64,000 bases of DNA from an uncultured Clostridia bacterium (GTDB lineage: Bacteria; Bacillota; Clostridia; Christensenellales; UBA1242). The stretch spans positions 7,526 to 71,525 of the forward strand of contig CAMRSX010000007.1 of assembly GCA_947053595.1 (NCBI GenBank), written 5' to 3'. The notes below the pieces were generated by a model, which had not been told where the DNA came from, searched no databases, and worked only from the letters and a program-made list of their open reading frames with translations. Shown here piece after piece: positions 18,240-29,503 of the stretch. The position numbers and the translations under genes were made by a program. The stretch's first letter is position 1. Each line of letters opens with the position of its first letter.

Positions 18240-18348
18240 CGCGGGCACGAAAATGTCATGCTGAGCGTAGTCGAAGCATCTACAGACCATTTTAATTGAC
18301 ATTTTCTAACCGCTAAAACTTCGGTTTCTCATCCCAATCCTCTTCCCC
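18240..18348 (+). repeat. intergenic repeat, modules A and B
   Basis: Module A (CGCGGGCACGAAAATGTCATGCTGAGCGTAGTCGAAGCATCTACAG, 18240-18285) recurs at 22139-22167 and, reverse-complemented, at 53110-53153. Module B (CTAACCGCTAAAACTTCGGTTTCTCATCCCAATCCTCTTCCCC, 18306-18348) recurs at 21956-21994. Confidence 0.6.
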
Positions 18349-18454
18349 GAATGTGATTTTCACTTTTCCTTGCTCGGACAAGTCCTGGCAAAGAAAAATT
18401 GAAAATTGATTTAGACATTAAAATTACAATTTTTATAAAAAAGGAAAAGAAAAA

Positions 18455-18829
18455 TTGGAAAAATTTAAAGACCTCTCCCCTCTTGCTCTTGCATTCATGG
18501 GAGACGCAATTCACACAGCATATGTGCGAAAAGAAGTTCTTAAAGGTGAAAAACAGCCCCTTAACTCTTACAATAACAAAGCAAAAAACTTTTGCAATGC
18601 GAAGGCGCAAGCAGAAGCTTTAGACAAACTTCAAGCAATACTTTCAAATGAAGAAAAAGACATTGTGCGAAAAACGCGAAATACCCACAACAAGCATTCT
18701 GCCAAAAACTTTGACGAAGAAACTTACAAAAAAGCCACCTCTTTTGAGGCGTTGCTGGGCTGGCTGTATTTAAGCAACAAAACAGAAAGATTGGAAGAAA
18801 TTTTAAATTTTTCAATGAAAGAGGATTAA
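18455..18829 (+). CDS. mrnC: Mini-ribonuclease 3 (Mini-III)
   Basis: LSPLALAFMGDAIHTAYVR and SFEALLGWLYL RNase III-like motifs, 124 aa, TTG start. Sits in mrnC-rlmB-sigH synteny as in Bacillus. Confidence 0.75.
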   Translation: MEKFKDLSPLALAFMGDAIHTAYVRKEVLKGEKQPLNSYNNKAKNFCNAKAQAEALDKLQAILSNEEKDIVRKTRNTHNKHSAKNFDEETYKKATSFEALLGWLYLSNKTERLEEILNFSMKED

Positions 18830-18833
18830 AAAT

Positions 18834-19556
18834 ATGAATATTGAAGGAAAAAATCAGGTTATTGAAGCCATAAAAAATGGAGCAACCATCAACAAAATTA
18901 TCGTCGACCAAAACTATGCCTCACGCAAAGATGATGTCATCAATTTGGCACGCAAAAACAAATTGAAGGTGGAATTTTTGCCAAAAAAACTTATGGACAG
19001 CAAAAGTGTCACCTCACATCATCAAGGTTATATTGCCGAAACGGTGGAGTTTGAATACTCTTCTGTCAGCGACATTCTTGCTCATTCACAAAAGACAGGC
19101 GTGCCTGCCTTTGTGGTGCTTTTGGACGGAATTGAAGACCCTCACAACCTTGGCGCCATCATCCGCACTTGCGAATGCGCTGGCGTGGTTGGCATTGTCA
19201 TTCCAAAGATGCGCGCTTGCGGTGTGAACGAAACCGTTGTGCGCACCAGCGCTGGAGCAATTTCCAACATGAAGATTGCGAGAGTGACAAATCTTAAAGA
19301 AGCAATTGATGAATTGAAAGACAATGGGCTTTGGATTTATGCTTGCGAACTTGGTGGAGAAAACATATATTCTCAAAACCTCACCGGCCCAATTGGAATT
19401 GTTATTGGCAGTGAAGGAAATGGAATTAAACAATCTCTTCGTGCTTATTGTGATGGAATTGTCACCTTGCCTCTTAAAGGCTCTGTCAACAGCCTTAACG
19501 CCAGCGTTTCTGCCGGCATTTGCATCTATGAGATACTTCGTCAGAGAGAAAAATAA
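18834..19556 (+). CDS. rlmB: 23S rRNA (guanosine-2'-O)-methyltransferase RlmB (SpoU/TrmH family)
   Basis: LDGIEDPHNLGAIIRT, VIGSEGNGI and SLNASVSAGI SpoU motifs. Confidence 0.8.
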   Translation: MNIEGKNQVIEAIKNGATINKIIVDQNYASRKDDVINLARKNKLKVEFLPKKLMDSKSVTSHHQGYIAETVEFEYSSVSDILAHSQKTGVPAFVVLLDGIEDPHNLGAIIRTCECAGVVGIVIPKMRACGVNETVVRTSAGAISNMKIARVTNLKEAIDELKDNGLWIYACELGGENIYSQNLTGPIGIVIGSEGNGIKQSLRAYCDGIVTLPLKGSVNSLNASVSAGICIYEILRQREK

Positions 19557-19567
19557 AGGAAATAAGA

Positions 19568-20146
19568 ATGCAAACAGATGAAGAACTTATTGAACTGATT
19601 AAAAATGGAGATGACAAGGCTGAAAACGAACTCTTTGGAAGATACAAAGATTTGGTGGTGAAAATCAGCCGTGGGTTTTTCATTGTGGGTGGAGATTTGG
19701 AAGACCTCATTCAAGAGGGCATGATTGGGCTTTATAAGGCCATTCGCGGCTATTCTTCTCACAAAGAAACGGCTTTCAAAACCTTTGCAGTGATTTGCAT
19801 CAAGCACCAAATTCAGACGGCAATCAAAAGGGCAAACACCTTCAAAAATCGGCCGCTTTCTGACGCCGTTTCCTTTGCAAGTTTTGAAAAATTGGATTAT
19901 CTTCCCATGGAGCTGGTGCTTGACTCCACCCCTGCCGAGAGGATTATCAACAAAGAAAATTTTGAAATTTTGAAACAAAAACTTAAAAATCTGCTGTCAG
20001 AAAAAGAATTTGCCGTTTTGAAGCAATATTTGCAGGGCTATTCTTACAAAGAAATTGCCAAGCACTTGGGCATAAGCGAAAAATCCATCGACAACAGTTT
20101 GACAAGAATTAAGGCAAAATTGAGAGAAAGCTTAAATAAAGGCTGA
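19568..20146 (+). CDS. sigH: RNA polymerase sigma factor SigH-like (sigma-70 family, group 3/4)
   Basis: DLIQEGMIGLYKAIRGY (region 2) and YSYKEIAKHLGISEKSIDNSLTRIKAKL (region 4 HTH). Position is immediately after rlmB. Confidence 0.75.
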   Translation: MQTDEELIELIKNGDDKAENELFGRYKDLVVKISRGFFIVGGDLEDLIQEGMIGLYKAIRGYSSHKETAFKTFAVICIKHQIQTAIKRANTFKNRPLSDAVSFASFEKLDYLPMELVLDSTPAERIINKENFEILKQKLKNLLSEKEFAVLKQYLQGYSYKEIAKHLGISEKSIDNSLTRIKAKLRESLNKG

Positions 20147-20224
20147 ATTTGCAGCCTTTTATTTTTCATTTATTTGCTTTTTTTGCCTCCAGTGTGATAA
20201 AATCTTTTTTATTAGGAGAGATGT

Positions 20225-21937
20225 ATGAAACTTGAAAATGGAATTGACCTTGACACCATTGTGCCAGAGAATGAGCTGGAAGAAGAAATTATTGCCGACC
20301 TGAAAAGTGGCAGAAGCAAAGAAGTCATCACCCGCTGCCCTCCAGAGCCAAGCGGATATTGGTATATTGGTCATGTGAAGGCGTGGACAATCAACTTTGA
20401 AACCGCGCAAAAGTTTGGCGGAAAAACCATTTTGCGCATGGACGACACCAACCCAACCAAAGAAGATGGCGAGTTTGCTGACAGCTATATGGCAGACCTT
20501 GAGTGGCTGGGCTTTAAACCAGAAAAACTGGTGTATGCAAGCGAAAGCTATTTTGACGACATATATAAAATTGCCGAAAAGATGATTGAAAATGGTGACG
20601 CCTATGTGTGCGAACTGACGGCAGAAGAGGTGAGCGCAACAAGAGGAACGTTGACTGAGCCGGGCAAAGAAAGCCCTTATCGCAATCGTACACCAGAGGA
20701 AAACTTGAAGCTGTTCCGACAAATGCGAGATGGAAAATTTCCTGACGGCAGCAAAACGCTGCGCGCCAAAATTGACATGGCTCATCCAAACATAAACATG
20801 CGCGACCCTGTAATGTATAAAATTTCAAGACAGCATCACTATCGTGTTGGCGACAAGTGGTGCATTTGGCCTCAATATGATTTTGTCCACCCAATGGAAG
20901 ACTGCCTTGAAGGCACAACCTACAGCCTTTGCGACAAGGGTTTTCAAGACCACCGCGTGGTGTATGAGTGGTTTGTTCAGCACGGCTGGGGCAAGAAATA
21001 TGCTCCAAAACAACGCGAATTTTCTCGTTGCGTGCTGGAAAATGTCCTCACTGGCAAAAGATGGCTGAAGCAGGTTGTCAACAGCGGGCTTGTGTCTGGC
21101 TGGGACGACCCCCGCTTTCCAACCCTTGTGGGCATCAGACGCCGCGGCTACACCGCCAAGGCTGTCAAAGATTTTGTCCGCTCTGTTGGCTGGGGCAACA
21201 CCATTGAAGTGACAGTGCCATATTCTGCGCTGGAATTTTATGTGAGAGAAGATTTAAACAAAATTGCCACACGCGCCATGGTGGTGCTGGACCCACTTAA
21301 AGTTGTCATCACAAACTATGAAGGCAGCGAAGAGATTGAAATTGACAACAACCCAAATGATGAAAATGCTGGAACTCACAAAGCCACCTTCTCCAATGTG
21401 ATTTACATCGAAAAGGAAGATTTTTCCCTCAATCCACCACCAAAATATAACCGTCTGGTGGAGGGCGGAATTGTGCGACTTAAAGGCGCATACATCATCA
21501 AATGCAACAAAGTTGTGTTTGCCGATAATGGCGATATTGACCATTTGGAATGCGAATACATTGCGGGCACAAAAAGCGGACAAGACAACAGTGGCATCAA
21601 GTGCAAAGGCACAATTCATTTTGTGAGCGCTGACAACTGCTTTGAAGTGACAATCAGAGATTTCAAAAATCTTGTTAAAGAAGAATTCAAATCCCCTGCC
21701 AAGGCACTTGCCGACGGCACTCCAATTGAGGAAATTTTGGAGCCAAACAGCATGACGCAGTCCACCGCTTTGGCTGAGAACTTCTTGAAAAGCGCAAAAG
21801 TGGAAGACAAATTTCAATTTATGCGCAAGGGCTATTATTGCGTGGACAAAGACAAGCACGATGGCCACCTTGTGTTCAACAAAACAATTTCACTTAAGGA
21901 TGGCTTCAAGCCATCTGGGGTGGCAACAAAGTTTTAA
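20225..21937 (+). CDS. glnS: glutamine--tRNA ligase
   Basis: RCPPEPSGYWYIGHVKA (HIGH region), LRMDDTNPTKED, GWDDPRFPTLVGIRRRGYT. The KMSKS position reads VLTGKR. It has a C-terminal beta-barrel anticodon-binding region. Confidence 0.9.
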   Translation: MKLENGIDLDTIVPENELEEEIIADLKSGRSKEVITRCPPEPSGYWYIGHVKAWTINFETAQKFGGKTILRMDDTNPTKEDGEFADSYMADLEWLGFKPEKLVYASESYFDDIYKIAEKMIENGDAYVCELTAEEVSATRGTLTEPGKESPYRNRTPEENLKLFRQMRDGKFPDGSKTLRAKIDMAHPNINMRDPVMYKISRQHHYRVGDKWCIWPQYDFVHPMEDCLEGTTYSLCDKGFQDHRVVYEWFVQHGWGKKYAPKQREFSRCVLENVLTGKRWLKQVVNSGLVSGWDDPRFPTLVGIRRRGYTAKAVKDFVRSVGWGNTIEVTVPYSALEFYVREDLNKIATRAMVVLDPLKVVITNYEGSEEIEIDNNPNDENAGTHKATFSNVIYIEKEDFSLNPPPKYNRLVEGGIVRLKGAYIIKCNKVVFADNGDIDHLECEYIAGTKSGQDNSGIKCKGTIHFVSADNCFEVTIRDFKNLVKEEFKSPAKALADGTPIEEILEPNSMTQSTALAENFLKSAKVEDKFQFMRKGYYCVDKDKHDGHLVFNKTISLKDGFKPSGVATKF

Positions 21938-22123
21938 ACGGCGACACGGCTTTGCCTAACGCCTAAAACTTCGTTTCCCCGTCCCACCTACCCCTTCAAT
22001 TAGGGAACATCTTTTGAAAAACCATTTGAAAGTTTTTTCAAAAGAGTTGACTTTAAAATTTGAAAGTTGCTATGCAACTTTAATATTATAAAGTGGTGGC
22101 AACAAAGTTTTAAACGGCGACAC
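21919..22123 (+). repeat. 29-bp perfect direct repeat (glnS 3' end incl. stop) flanking a 147-bp insert
   Basis: GGTGGCAACAAAGTTTTAAACGGCGACAC occurs at 21919-21947 and again at 22095-22123 (period 176 bp). The insert holds module B and hairpin 22011-22044. Confidence 0.75.
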
Positions 22124-22264
22124 AAAAATGTTTGTCTTATGTCATGCTGAGCGAAGTCGAAGCATCTCTAATTAAAGATAAAAGAAAAAATATGATTACA
22201 ATCCAACAAAATTGCCACGTTTGTGGCTTTTTTGTTGGACATTTTTTCAAAAATTGTATACAAT

Positions 22265-23026
22265 ATGTCTATGATTATTGCGGCAACTGTTTGTATGTTG
22301 GTGGCGTGCATCGCTTTGGCTGTTGGGCTTTGCTTTGCAAAGAAAAACAGACTGCTTTTTTTGCTGCTTTCAAATGCCGCACTTGTTGCCCTTGCCTGCC
22401 TTGGCGTTTGCTGCATGGCGCTGGCAAAAAACTTTTCGCTTGGGGGCATTTTCATTGTGCTGTGCATTGTTCCACTTTTTTTGAAAGTCAACTTTCCAAC
22501 TGAAGAAATGCCTCAAGAAAAACCAACAAATCCAGCCAACAATTTGCCAGAAAATTCGCAAGCTGACGCTGAAAACAACTCAAACACCTCAAAATTTGGC
22601 AAAAAACTTCAAAAATTTGGCAATTTGGCTGCAAGCGCAAGTTATTTTGCCTCCACATTGTTTCTTGCCCTCTGTGGGCTTGTTTATGGAAAAGAATCCG
22701 CATTTGGAATTTTGACCGGCGTTGCCATTGGGCTTATGCTCACCTTTTTGCACCTTCTGATTAAAAAAGAATATGTGGGCAAAACTGCCAAAGAGAATGT
22801 TTCGCTTTATCTTGAGAAATTTTTACACTTTGTCAGCATCGGACTGCTTTTAAGCAGCATTGTGGTGGTTTTTCTGTATTCCACAAGCCTTTCCAACATC
22901 TTCTTTTCACTTGGTGCACTTGCCTATGCCACTCACATCTTTTTGCAGGTCTACTTAAAAAACAACTTCAATCACCTCGCCCACCTTGCAGCCATGCTTC
23001 TGCTGTTTGCCTCCATTTTGTTTTAA
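22265..23026 (+). CDS. hypothetical multi-pass membrane protein (~253 aa)
   Basis: Several hydrophobic spans (MIIAATVCMLVACIALAVGLC, LLFLLLSNAALVALACLGVCCMAL, and others). The start is uncertain: GTG 22223, ATG 22265 or ATG 22271. ATG 22265 directly abuts TACAAT. Confidence 0.5.
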   Translation: MSMIIAATVCMLVACIALAVGLCFAKKNRLLFLLLSNAALVALACLGVCCMALAKNFSLGGIFIVLCIVPLFLKVNFPTEEMPQEKPTNPANNLPENSQADAENNSNTSKFGKKLQKFGNLAASASYFASTLFLALCGLVYGKESAFGILTGVAIGLMLTFLHLLIKKEYVGKTAKENVSLYLEKFLHFVSIGLLLSSIVVVFLYSTSLSNIFFSLGALAYATHIFLQVYLKNNFNHLAHLAAMLLLFASILF

Positions 23027-23052
23027 AAGCCACCTGTTTGGTGGTTTTTTTT
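23026..23052 (+). terminator. intrinsic terminator
   Basis: CCACC-TGTTT-GGTGG followed by T8. Confidence 0.6.
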
Positions 23053-23302
23053 ACACTTTTCTCACATTTGGCACTCTTTGCCATTTTTAAGGCGCTTAAA
23101 GCTTTAAGACACACAAGCGCAGGATGCAGTTTTTTTAATGTTCTTTTAATAAGTTGCTTCCTAAAAATCTTCCACTTAAAAAGTCACGACCAATTCGCCA
23201 GCGAAAGCGCGAATTGCGTTTGGTCGTGAATGAAAAAACAAGCCCAAAAGCGAAGCTTTTTGAACTTGTTCAAAAACAAGCACAGGGTGCAGTTTTTTCA
23301 TT

Positions 23303-23398
23303 TGGTTGCGAGGACAGGATTTGTCCCAGATTGCCCAGCCAATCGCCGACCCACAAAAGCTTTCCTGCCAAAGGGTCGAGCCTGTGACCTCCGGGTTA
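23303..23398 (-). pseudogene. tRNA-fMet 3'-half fragment interrupted by a 57-nt insert in the T loop
   Basis: 23303-23323 is identical to the last 21 nt of the real gene (TGGTTGCGAGGACAGGATTTG on the + strand). 23381-23398 (CCTGTGACCTCCGGGTTA) is identical to the T-stem/variable/anticodon-stem part. 57 nt with two hairpins lie between them. Confidence 0.6.
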
Positions 23399-23525
23399 GA
23401 CTCCGCTGCGCTTCGTGGCGTTCGCAAACGATGTTTGCTCGGCTTGAGCTCTCCGGCTCGCTACACCCGCCGGGCTGCATAACCCTAAAATAAAAAAAAA
23501 CTGCATCCTTTGATACAGTCTTTTT

Positions 23526-23602
<77 letters not shown>

Positions 23603-23612
23603 TCATGTTGTC

Positions 23613-23642
23613 ATTATACATCCACTTTATTGCTTTTGTCAA
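23613..23642 (-). promoter_or_regulatory. tRNA-fMet promoter
   Basis: Minus strand: TTGACA, 18 nt, TATAAT, then 10 nt to the mature 5' end. Confidence 0.6.
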
Positions 23643-23722
23643 GAGTTTAGACCAAATTGTTGAAAAGAATTTGTTTCCTTCTTCTTTTTGCCTTATTTTA
23701 GCTTTTTTATTCTTAAATTCAC

Positions 23723-23751
23723 TTGCAAATTATACTGTATTATTATATAAT
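23723..23751 (+). promoter_or_regulatory. gyrB promoter
   Basis: TTGCAA, 17 nt, TATAAT. Confidence 0.55.
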
Positions 23752-23755
23752 ATAG

Positions 23756-25804
<2,049 letters not shown>

Positions 25805-25893
25805 GAAAAGTTCATGACGAGGAGTCAGGATGCAAACGACACCGAAGGTGGCATTTGCATAGAGACGACGAAGTCATATGGTTTGCGAAGGCA

Positions 25894-25941
25894 AAACATA
25901 TCGAAGAAAACGCAACTTTAGTCACCGACCTTGATGTATAA
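25894..25941 (+). pseudogene. orphan second copy of the gyrB 3' end (15 codons + stop)
   Basis: Encodes [15 protein letters not shown] against gyr[16 protein letters not shown]. The last 21 nt are identical to 25784-25804. Upstream differences are mostly third-position or synonymous. Confidence 0.65.
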
Positions 25942-26036
25942 TCGAAATGATATGGCGGCGTTCCAGAAGGCACCCATAACAACATGCCAGCGATTTAATA
26001 TATCAAATCGTGCTTAAAAACATTAAAAGGAAACAC

Positions 26037-26555
26037 ATGAAAACATCTTATTATGCAAATTTGAGAAATATTGACCTCACACAAAATGTGCCTATTGCAA
26101 TTTCTGTGGACAGCGGAAGGCTTGCAAAGTTTCGTGGCAAATCCATGAAGTGCCTCTCCCCTGCCCCTTTCTTCAAAAAGTGGAAGCAGATTGAAACAAA
26201 CATCGACGCAAACTTCAAGCGTGGCGATTTTAACAAATTCACTTATGACAATTTGAAAAAGAGCTTTCAGGCAAAATATGTTGAAGCATTTTATAACAAA
26301 GTTTTAAAAAAGCTTGAGCCTCGCAAAGTGTTTGATGCACTTGGTGAAAATACCGTGCTTTTGTGCTATGAAAAACCAACTGACTTTTGTCACCGCTTTT
26401 TGGTTGCCGGCTGGCTGGAGCTTAGTTTGGGAGTTGTGATTGACGAAGCTGCGCACGAAAAGGACAAAGCAGTTCAAGAAAACAAAGAAAGTTTGAAAAA
26501 TCAACTTAAAAAAGTTATGGAAAATGCCAAAGAAAAAGCAGGAAGAAGCAAATGA
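26037..26555 (+). CDS. DUF488-like protein (172 aa)
   Basis: MKTSYYANL..PIAISV.....LSPAPFFKKWK...VLLCYEKPTDFCHRFLVAGWL resembles the DUF488 signature (LLC.E....CHR..v). AAAAGGA RBS. Confidence 0.45.
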   Translation: MKTSYYANLRNIDLTQNVPIAISVDSGRLAKFRGKSMKCLSPAPFFKKWKQIETNIDANFKRGDFNKFTYDNLKKSFQAKYVEAFYNKVLKKLEPRKVFDALGENTVLLCYEKPTDFCHRFLVAGWLELSLGVVIDEAAHEKDKAVQENKESLKNQLKKVMENAKEKAGRSK

Positions 26556-26858
26556 AACCGAAAAACCCTTATGAAATTTTGTTGAACACTTTTGGAGAAG
26601 AGCAACAATAAGTTTGCCATTGAAGAGATGGGCGAACTTTTGCAAGCCATTTGCAAATATCAACGCAAATGCCACTGTGGCACTGCCGCAGAAATTGCAA
26701 CTGCAAAAGCAAACCTTCAAGAAGAAATTGCAGATGTTAAAGTGGTGACTGACCAACTGGCATTTATGTTTGATGAAAAAGAAATTGAAAGAATTAAGTT
26801 AGAAAAAGTTAAGCGTGCTGTTAGACGCGCAAAAGCACAGAACACCGAAATAAGCTAA
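26552..26858 (+). pseudogene. MazG-like nucleotide pyrophosphohydrolase domain protein, apparent +1 frameshift at about 26609
   Basis: ATG 26552 overlaps the upstream stop (ATGA) and gives MKPKNPYEILLNTFGEEQQ then TAA. Skipping T26609 joins it to KFAIEEMGELLQAI...LQEEIADVKVV (the EExGE and EExaD MazG motifs) in the 26592-26858 frame. Confidence 0.5.
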
Positions 26859-26890
26859 CCACTACAAAAACTGAAAAAGAGGAAAAGAGA

Positions 26891-29461
26891 ATGAGCAAAA
26901 AAGACGAAGAAAAGAAAAAAAATCTGAAAGAACTTTTGGAAAAAGACAAAGTTCAACCCATTGAAGTTGTGGGAGAGCTGAAAAAATCTTTCATTGCCTA
27001 TGCCATGGCTGTGAATGTCAGCCGTGCCATTCCTGATGTGCGCGATGGTTTGAAACCAGTGCACAGAAGAATTTTATATTCGATGGGAGAGCTGAACAAC
27101 TTCTTCAACAGCCCTCACAAGAAAAGTGCGCGCATTGTGGGCGAAGTTATGGGAAAATATCACCCTCATGGTGACAGTTCCATCTATGACGCTTTGGTGC
27201 GTTTGGCACAAGATTTTTCCATTCGTTACCCTCTTGTGGACGGACACGGAAACTTTGGCTCTGTGGACGGAGACCCTGCCGCTGCAATGCGTTACACCGA
27301 AGCGCGCCTTTCCAAAATTGCTGGGCTTATGCTTGCCGACATTGAAAAGGAAACCGTGGATTTTTATCCAAACTTTGATGACACCCTCATGCAACCAACA
27401 GTGCTTCCAGCACGCTTTCCAAACCTTCTTGTAAATGGTGCGGATGGCATTGCCGTGGGCATGGCAACCAACATACCTCCTCACAATTTGACAGAAGTGA
27501 TTAACGGCGTTCAGGCGCTGATTGACAACCCAGATATTGACATTGATGAACTCATCAAAATCATCCCTGCCCCAGACTATCCAACTGGCGGCATCATCAT
27601 GGGTCGCACGGCAGTTAAGCACGCCTACAAAACAGGCCGAGGCGGCATTCTTGTGCGCGGCCGCGCGGAGATTGAAGAAACCTCTTCTGGCAGAACACGC
27701 ATTGTCATCACCGAGCTGCCTTATGGCGTGAACAAAGCGCGCTTCATCACCCAAATTGCCGACCTTGTGAAAAACAAGAAAATTGAAGGCATTGCCGACC
27801 TTAAGGAAGAAAGTGACCGCGAAGGCTTACGCGTGGTTGTTGACATCAAAAAAGATGCCAACGCGCAGGTGGTTTTAAATTCGCTTTACAAGCACACCAT
27901 GCTTCAACAGAGTGGCGGAATCATCATGCTTGCATTGGTGAACGGCACTCCAAAAGTGTTAAATCTGAAAGAGATGCTTTATTATTACCTCGAGCACCAA
28001 AAAAAAGTTTGCGTGCGCAAAACAAAGTTTGACCTGAAAAAAGCAGAAGAGCGCGAGCACATTGTGAAAGGGCTTGTCATTGCACTTGCAAGCATTGACG
28101 AAGTGGTGCAAACCATCAAAAAATCCAAAGACAGACAAGATGCTGTTGTCAACTTGACAACAAATTTTGAACTTGACGAAATTCAGGCAAATGCCATCCT
28201 TGAAATGAGGCTTTCAAAACTGACAAGTTTGGAAGTGGACAAACTTAAGGAAGAATTGGCTCAACTGGAACTCACCATTGCCGACTTGAAGGACATTCTG
28301 CAAAAGCCAGAGCGTGTTTTGAAAATTGTCAGAGATGATTTGGAAGAAGTTAAGCAAAACTTTGGCGACGCGCGCAAAACGGAAATTTCTTTGGAAATGG
28401 GCGGAATTGACATTGAAGATTTGATTGCCGAAGAGGACGTCATAATTTCTTTGACGCACCTTGGCTATATCAAGCGCATGAGCGCAGACGAATATAAATC
28501 GCAACATCGCGGCGGAGTGGGCATCACCGCTCACAAAACCAAGGATGAAGATTTTGTTGAGAAGATGCTTGTCACCTCCACACACGACGATTTGCTGTTC
28601 TTCACCAACCTTGGAAAGGTGTATGTTGCAAAGGGCTATGAAATTCCTGAGGCACAAAGACAAGCCAAAGGCAGAGCCATCATCAACTTGCTTCAACTTT
28701 CTGTGGGAGAAAAGGTTAATGCCATCATTCCAATGAAGAAAGACGCCAAGGGCAACCTGATTATGGCAACCCGCAACGGGCTCATTAAAAAAACCGACCT
28801 TGCAGAATATGAAAGCATCAGAAAGGGTGGCAAAATTGCCATCAAACTGGTGGAGGGTGACGAACTTATTGGCGTGGACATCACAAATGGCAGAGATGAC
28901 ATCTTGATTGCCTCCCACGACGGAAAGTGCATCCGCTTCAACGAAACAGATGTGCGCGTTGTTGGAAGAGACAGCCAAGGCGTGAGAAGCATGAAACTGG
29001 CAAAGGGCGATTTTGTTGTGGACATGGCAATTGTGCATGAAAACTCTCTCATCCTCACCATTTCAGAAAACGGCTTTGGAAAGCTTTCGCCTGTGGACGA
29101 TTTTAGATTGCAGCAGCGCGGCGGCAGCGGCGTTAAGGCTGGAATTTTCACCGAAAAAACAGGCAAGCTTGTGGCAATGAAGCAAATTGAACAGCCGCTT
29201 GACATTTTGGTTATCACCGACAGCGGCGTAATCATCCGCACCCCAGTGGACGGCATAAGCCACTTTTCCAGAGTCAGCCAAGGCGTGAGAATTATGAAGC
29301 TTAAAAACAGTGCTCACATTTCTTCGGTTGCGCTTGTTGAAAAAGACGAAGAAGCAACTGAACTTTCAACCGAAGCGGTTTTGGAAGAAGATGCAACAGA
29401 AGAAGTTTCACAGCCTGCTGTGGAAAACGCTGAAACAACTGAAGAAAACGAAGAAGAGTGA
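26891..29461 (+). CDS. gyrA: DNA gyrase subunit A
   Basis: AMRYTEARL with the catalytic Tyr, [23 protein letters not shown] (QRDR), C-terminal beta-pinwheel repeats and an acidic tail. Confidence 0.95.
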   Translation: MSKKDEEKKKNLKELLEKDKVQPIEVVGELKKSFIAYAMAVNVSRAIPDVRDGLKPVHRRILYSMGELNNFFNSPHKKSARIVGEVMGKYHPHGDSSIYDALVRLAQDFSIRYPLVDGHGNFGSVDGDPAAAMRYTEARLSKIAGLMLADIEKETVDFYPNFDDTLMQPTVLPARFPNLLVNGADGIAVGMATNIPPHNLTEVINGVQALIDNPDIDIDELIKIIPAPDYPTGGIIMGRTAVKHAYKTGRGGILVRGRAEIEETSSGRTRIVITELPYGVNKARFITQIADLVKNKKIEGIADLKEESDREGLRVVVDIKKDANAQVVLNSLYKHTMLQQSGGIIMLALVNGTPKVLNLKEMLYYYLEHQKKVCVRKTKFDLKKAEEREHIVKGLVIALASIDEVVQTIKKSKDRQDAVVNLTTNFELDEIQANAILEMRLSKLTSLEVDKLKEELAQLELTIADLKDILQKPERVLKIVRDDLEEVKQNFGDARKTEISLEMGGIDIEDLIAEEDVIISLTHLGYIKRMSADEYKSQHRGGVGITAHKTKDEDFVEKMLVTSTHDDLLFFTNLGKVYVAKGYEIPEAQRQAKGRAIINLLQLSVGEKVNAIIPMKKDAKGNLIMATRNGLIKKTDLAEYESIRKGGKIAIKLVEGDELIGVDITNGRDDILIASHDGKCIRFNETDVRVVGRDSQGVRSMKLAKGDFVVDMAIVHENSLILTISENGFGKLSPVDDFRLQQRGGSGVKAGIFTEKTGKLVAMKQIEQPLDILVITDSGVIIRTPVDGISHFSRVSQGVRIMKLKNSAHISSVALVEKDEEATELSTEAVLEEDATEEVSQPAVENAETTEENEEE

Positions 29462-29503
29462 TTTTTTGTTCTTCACGCTTAAATTAAAGTTTTAGGAGCG
29501 TAA

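Noticed and set aside
20159-20785. 208-aa ORF on the minus strand
   Set aside because: It is antisense to glnS, with no RBS or motif.
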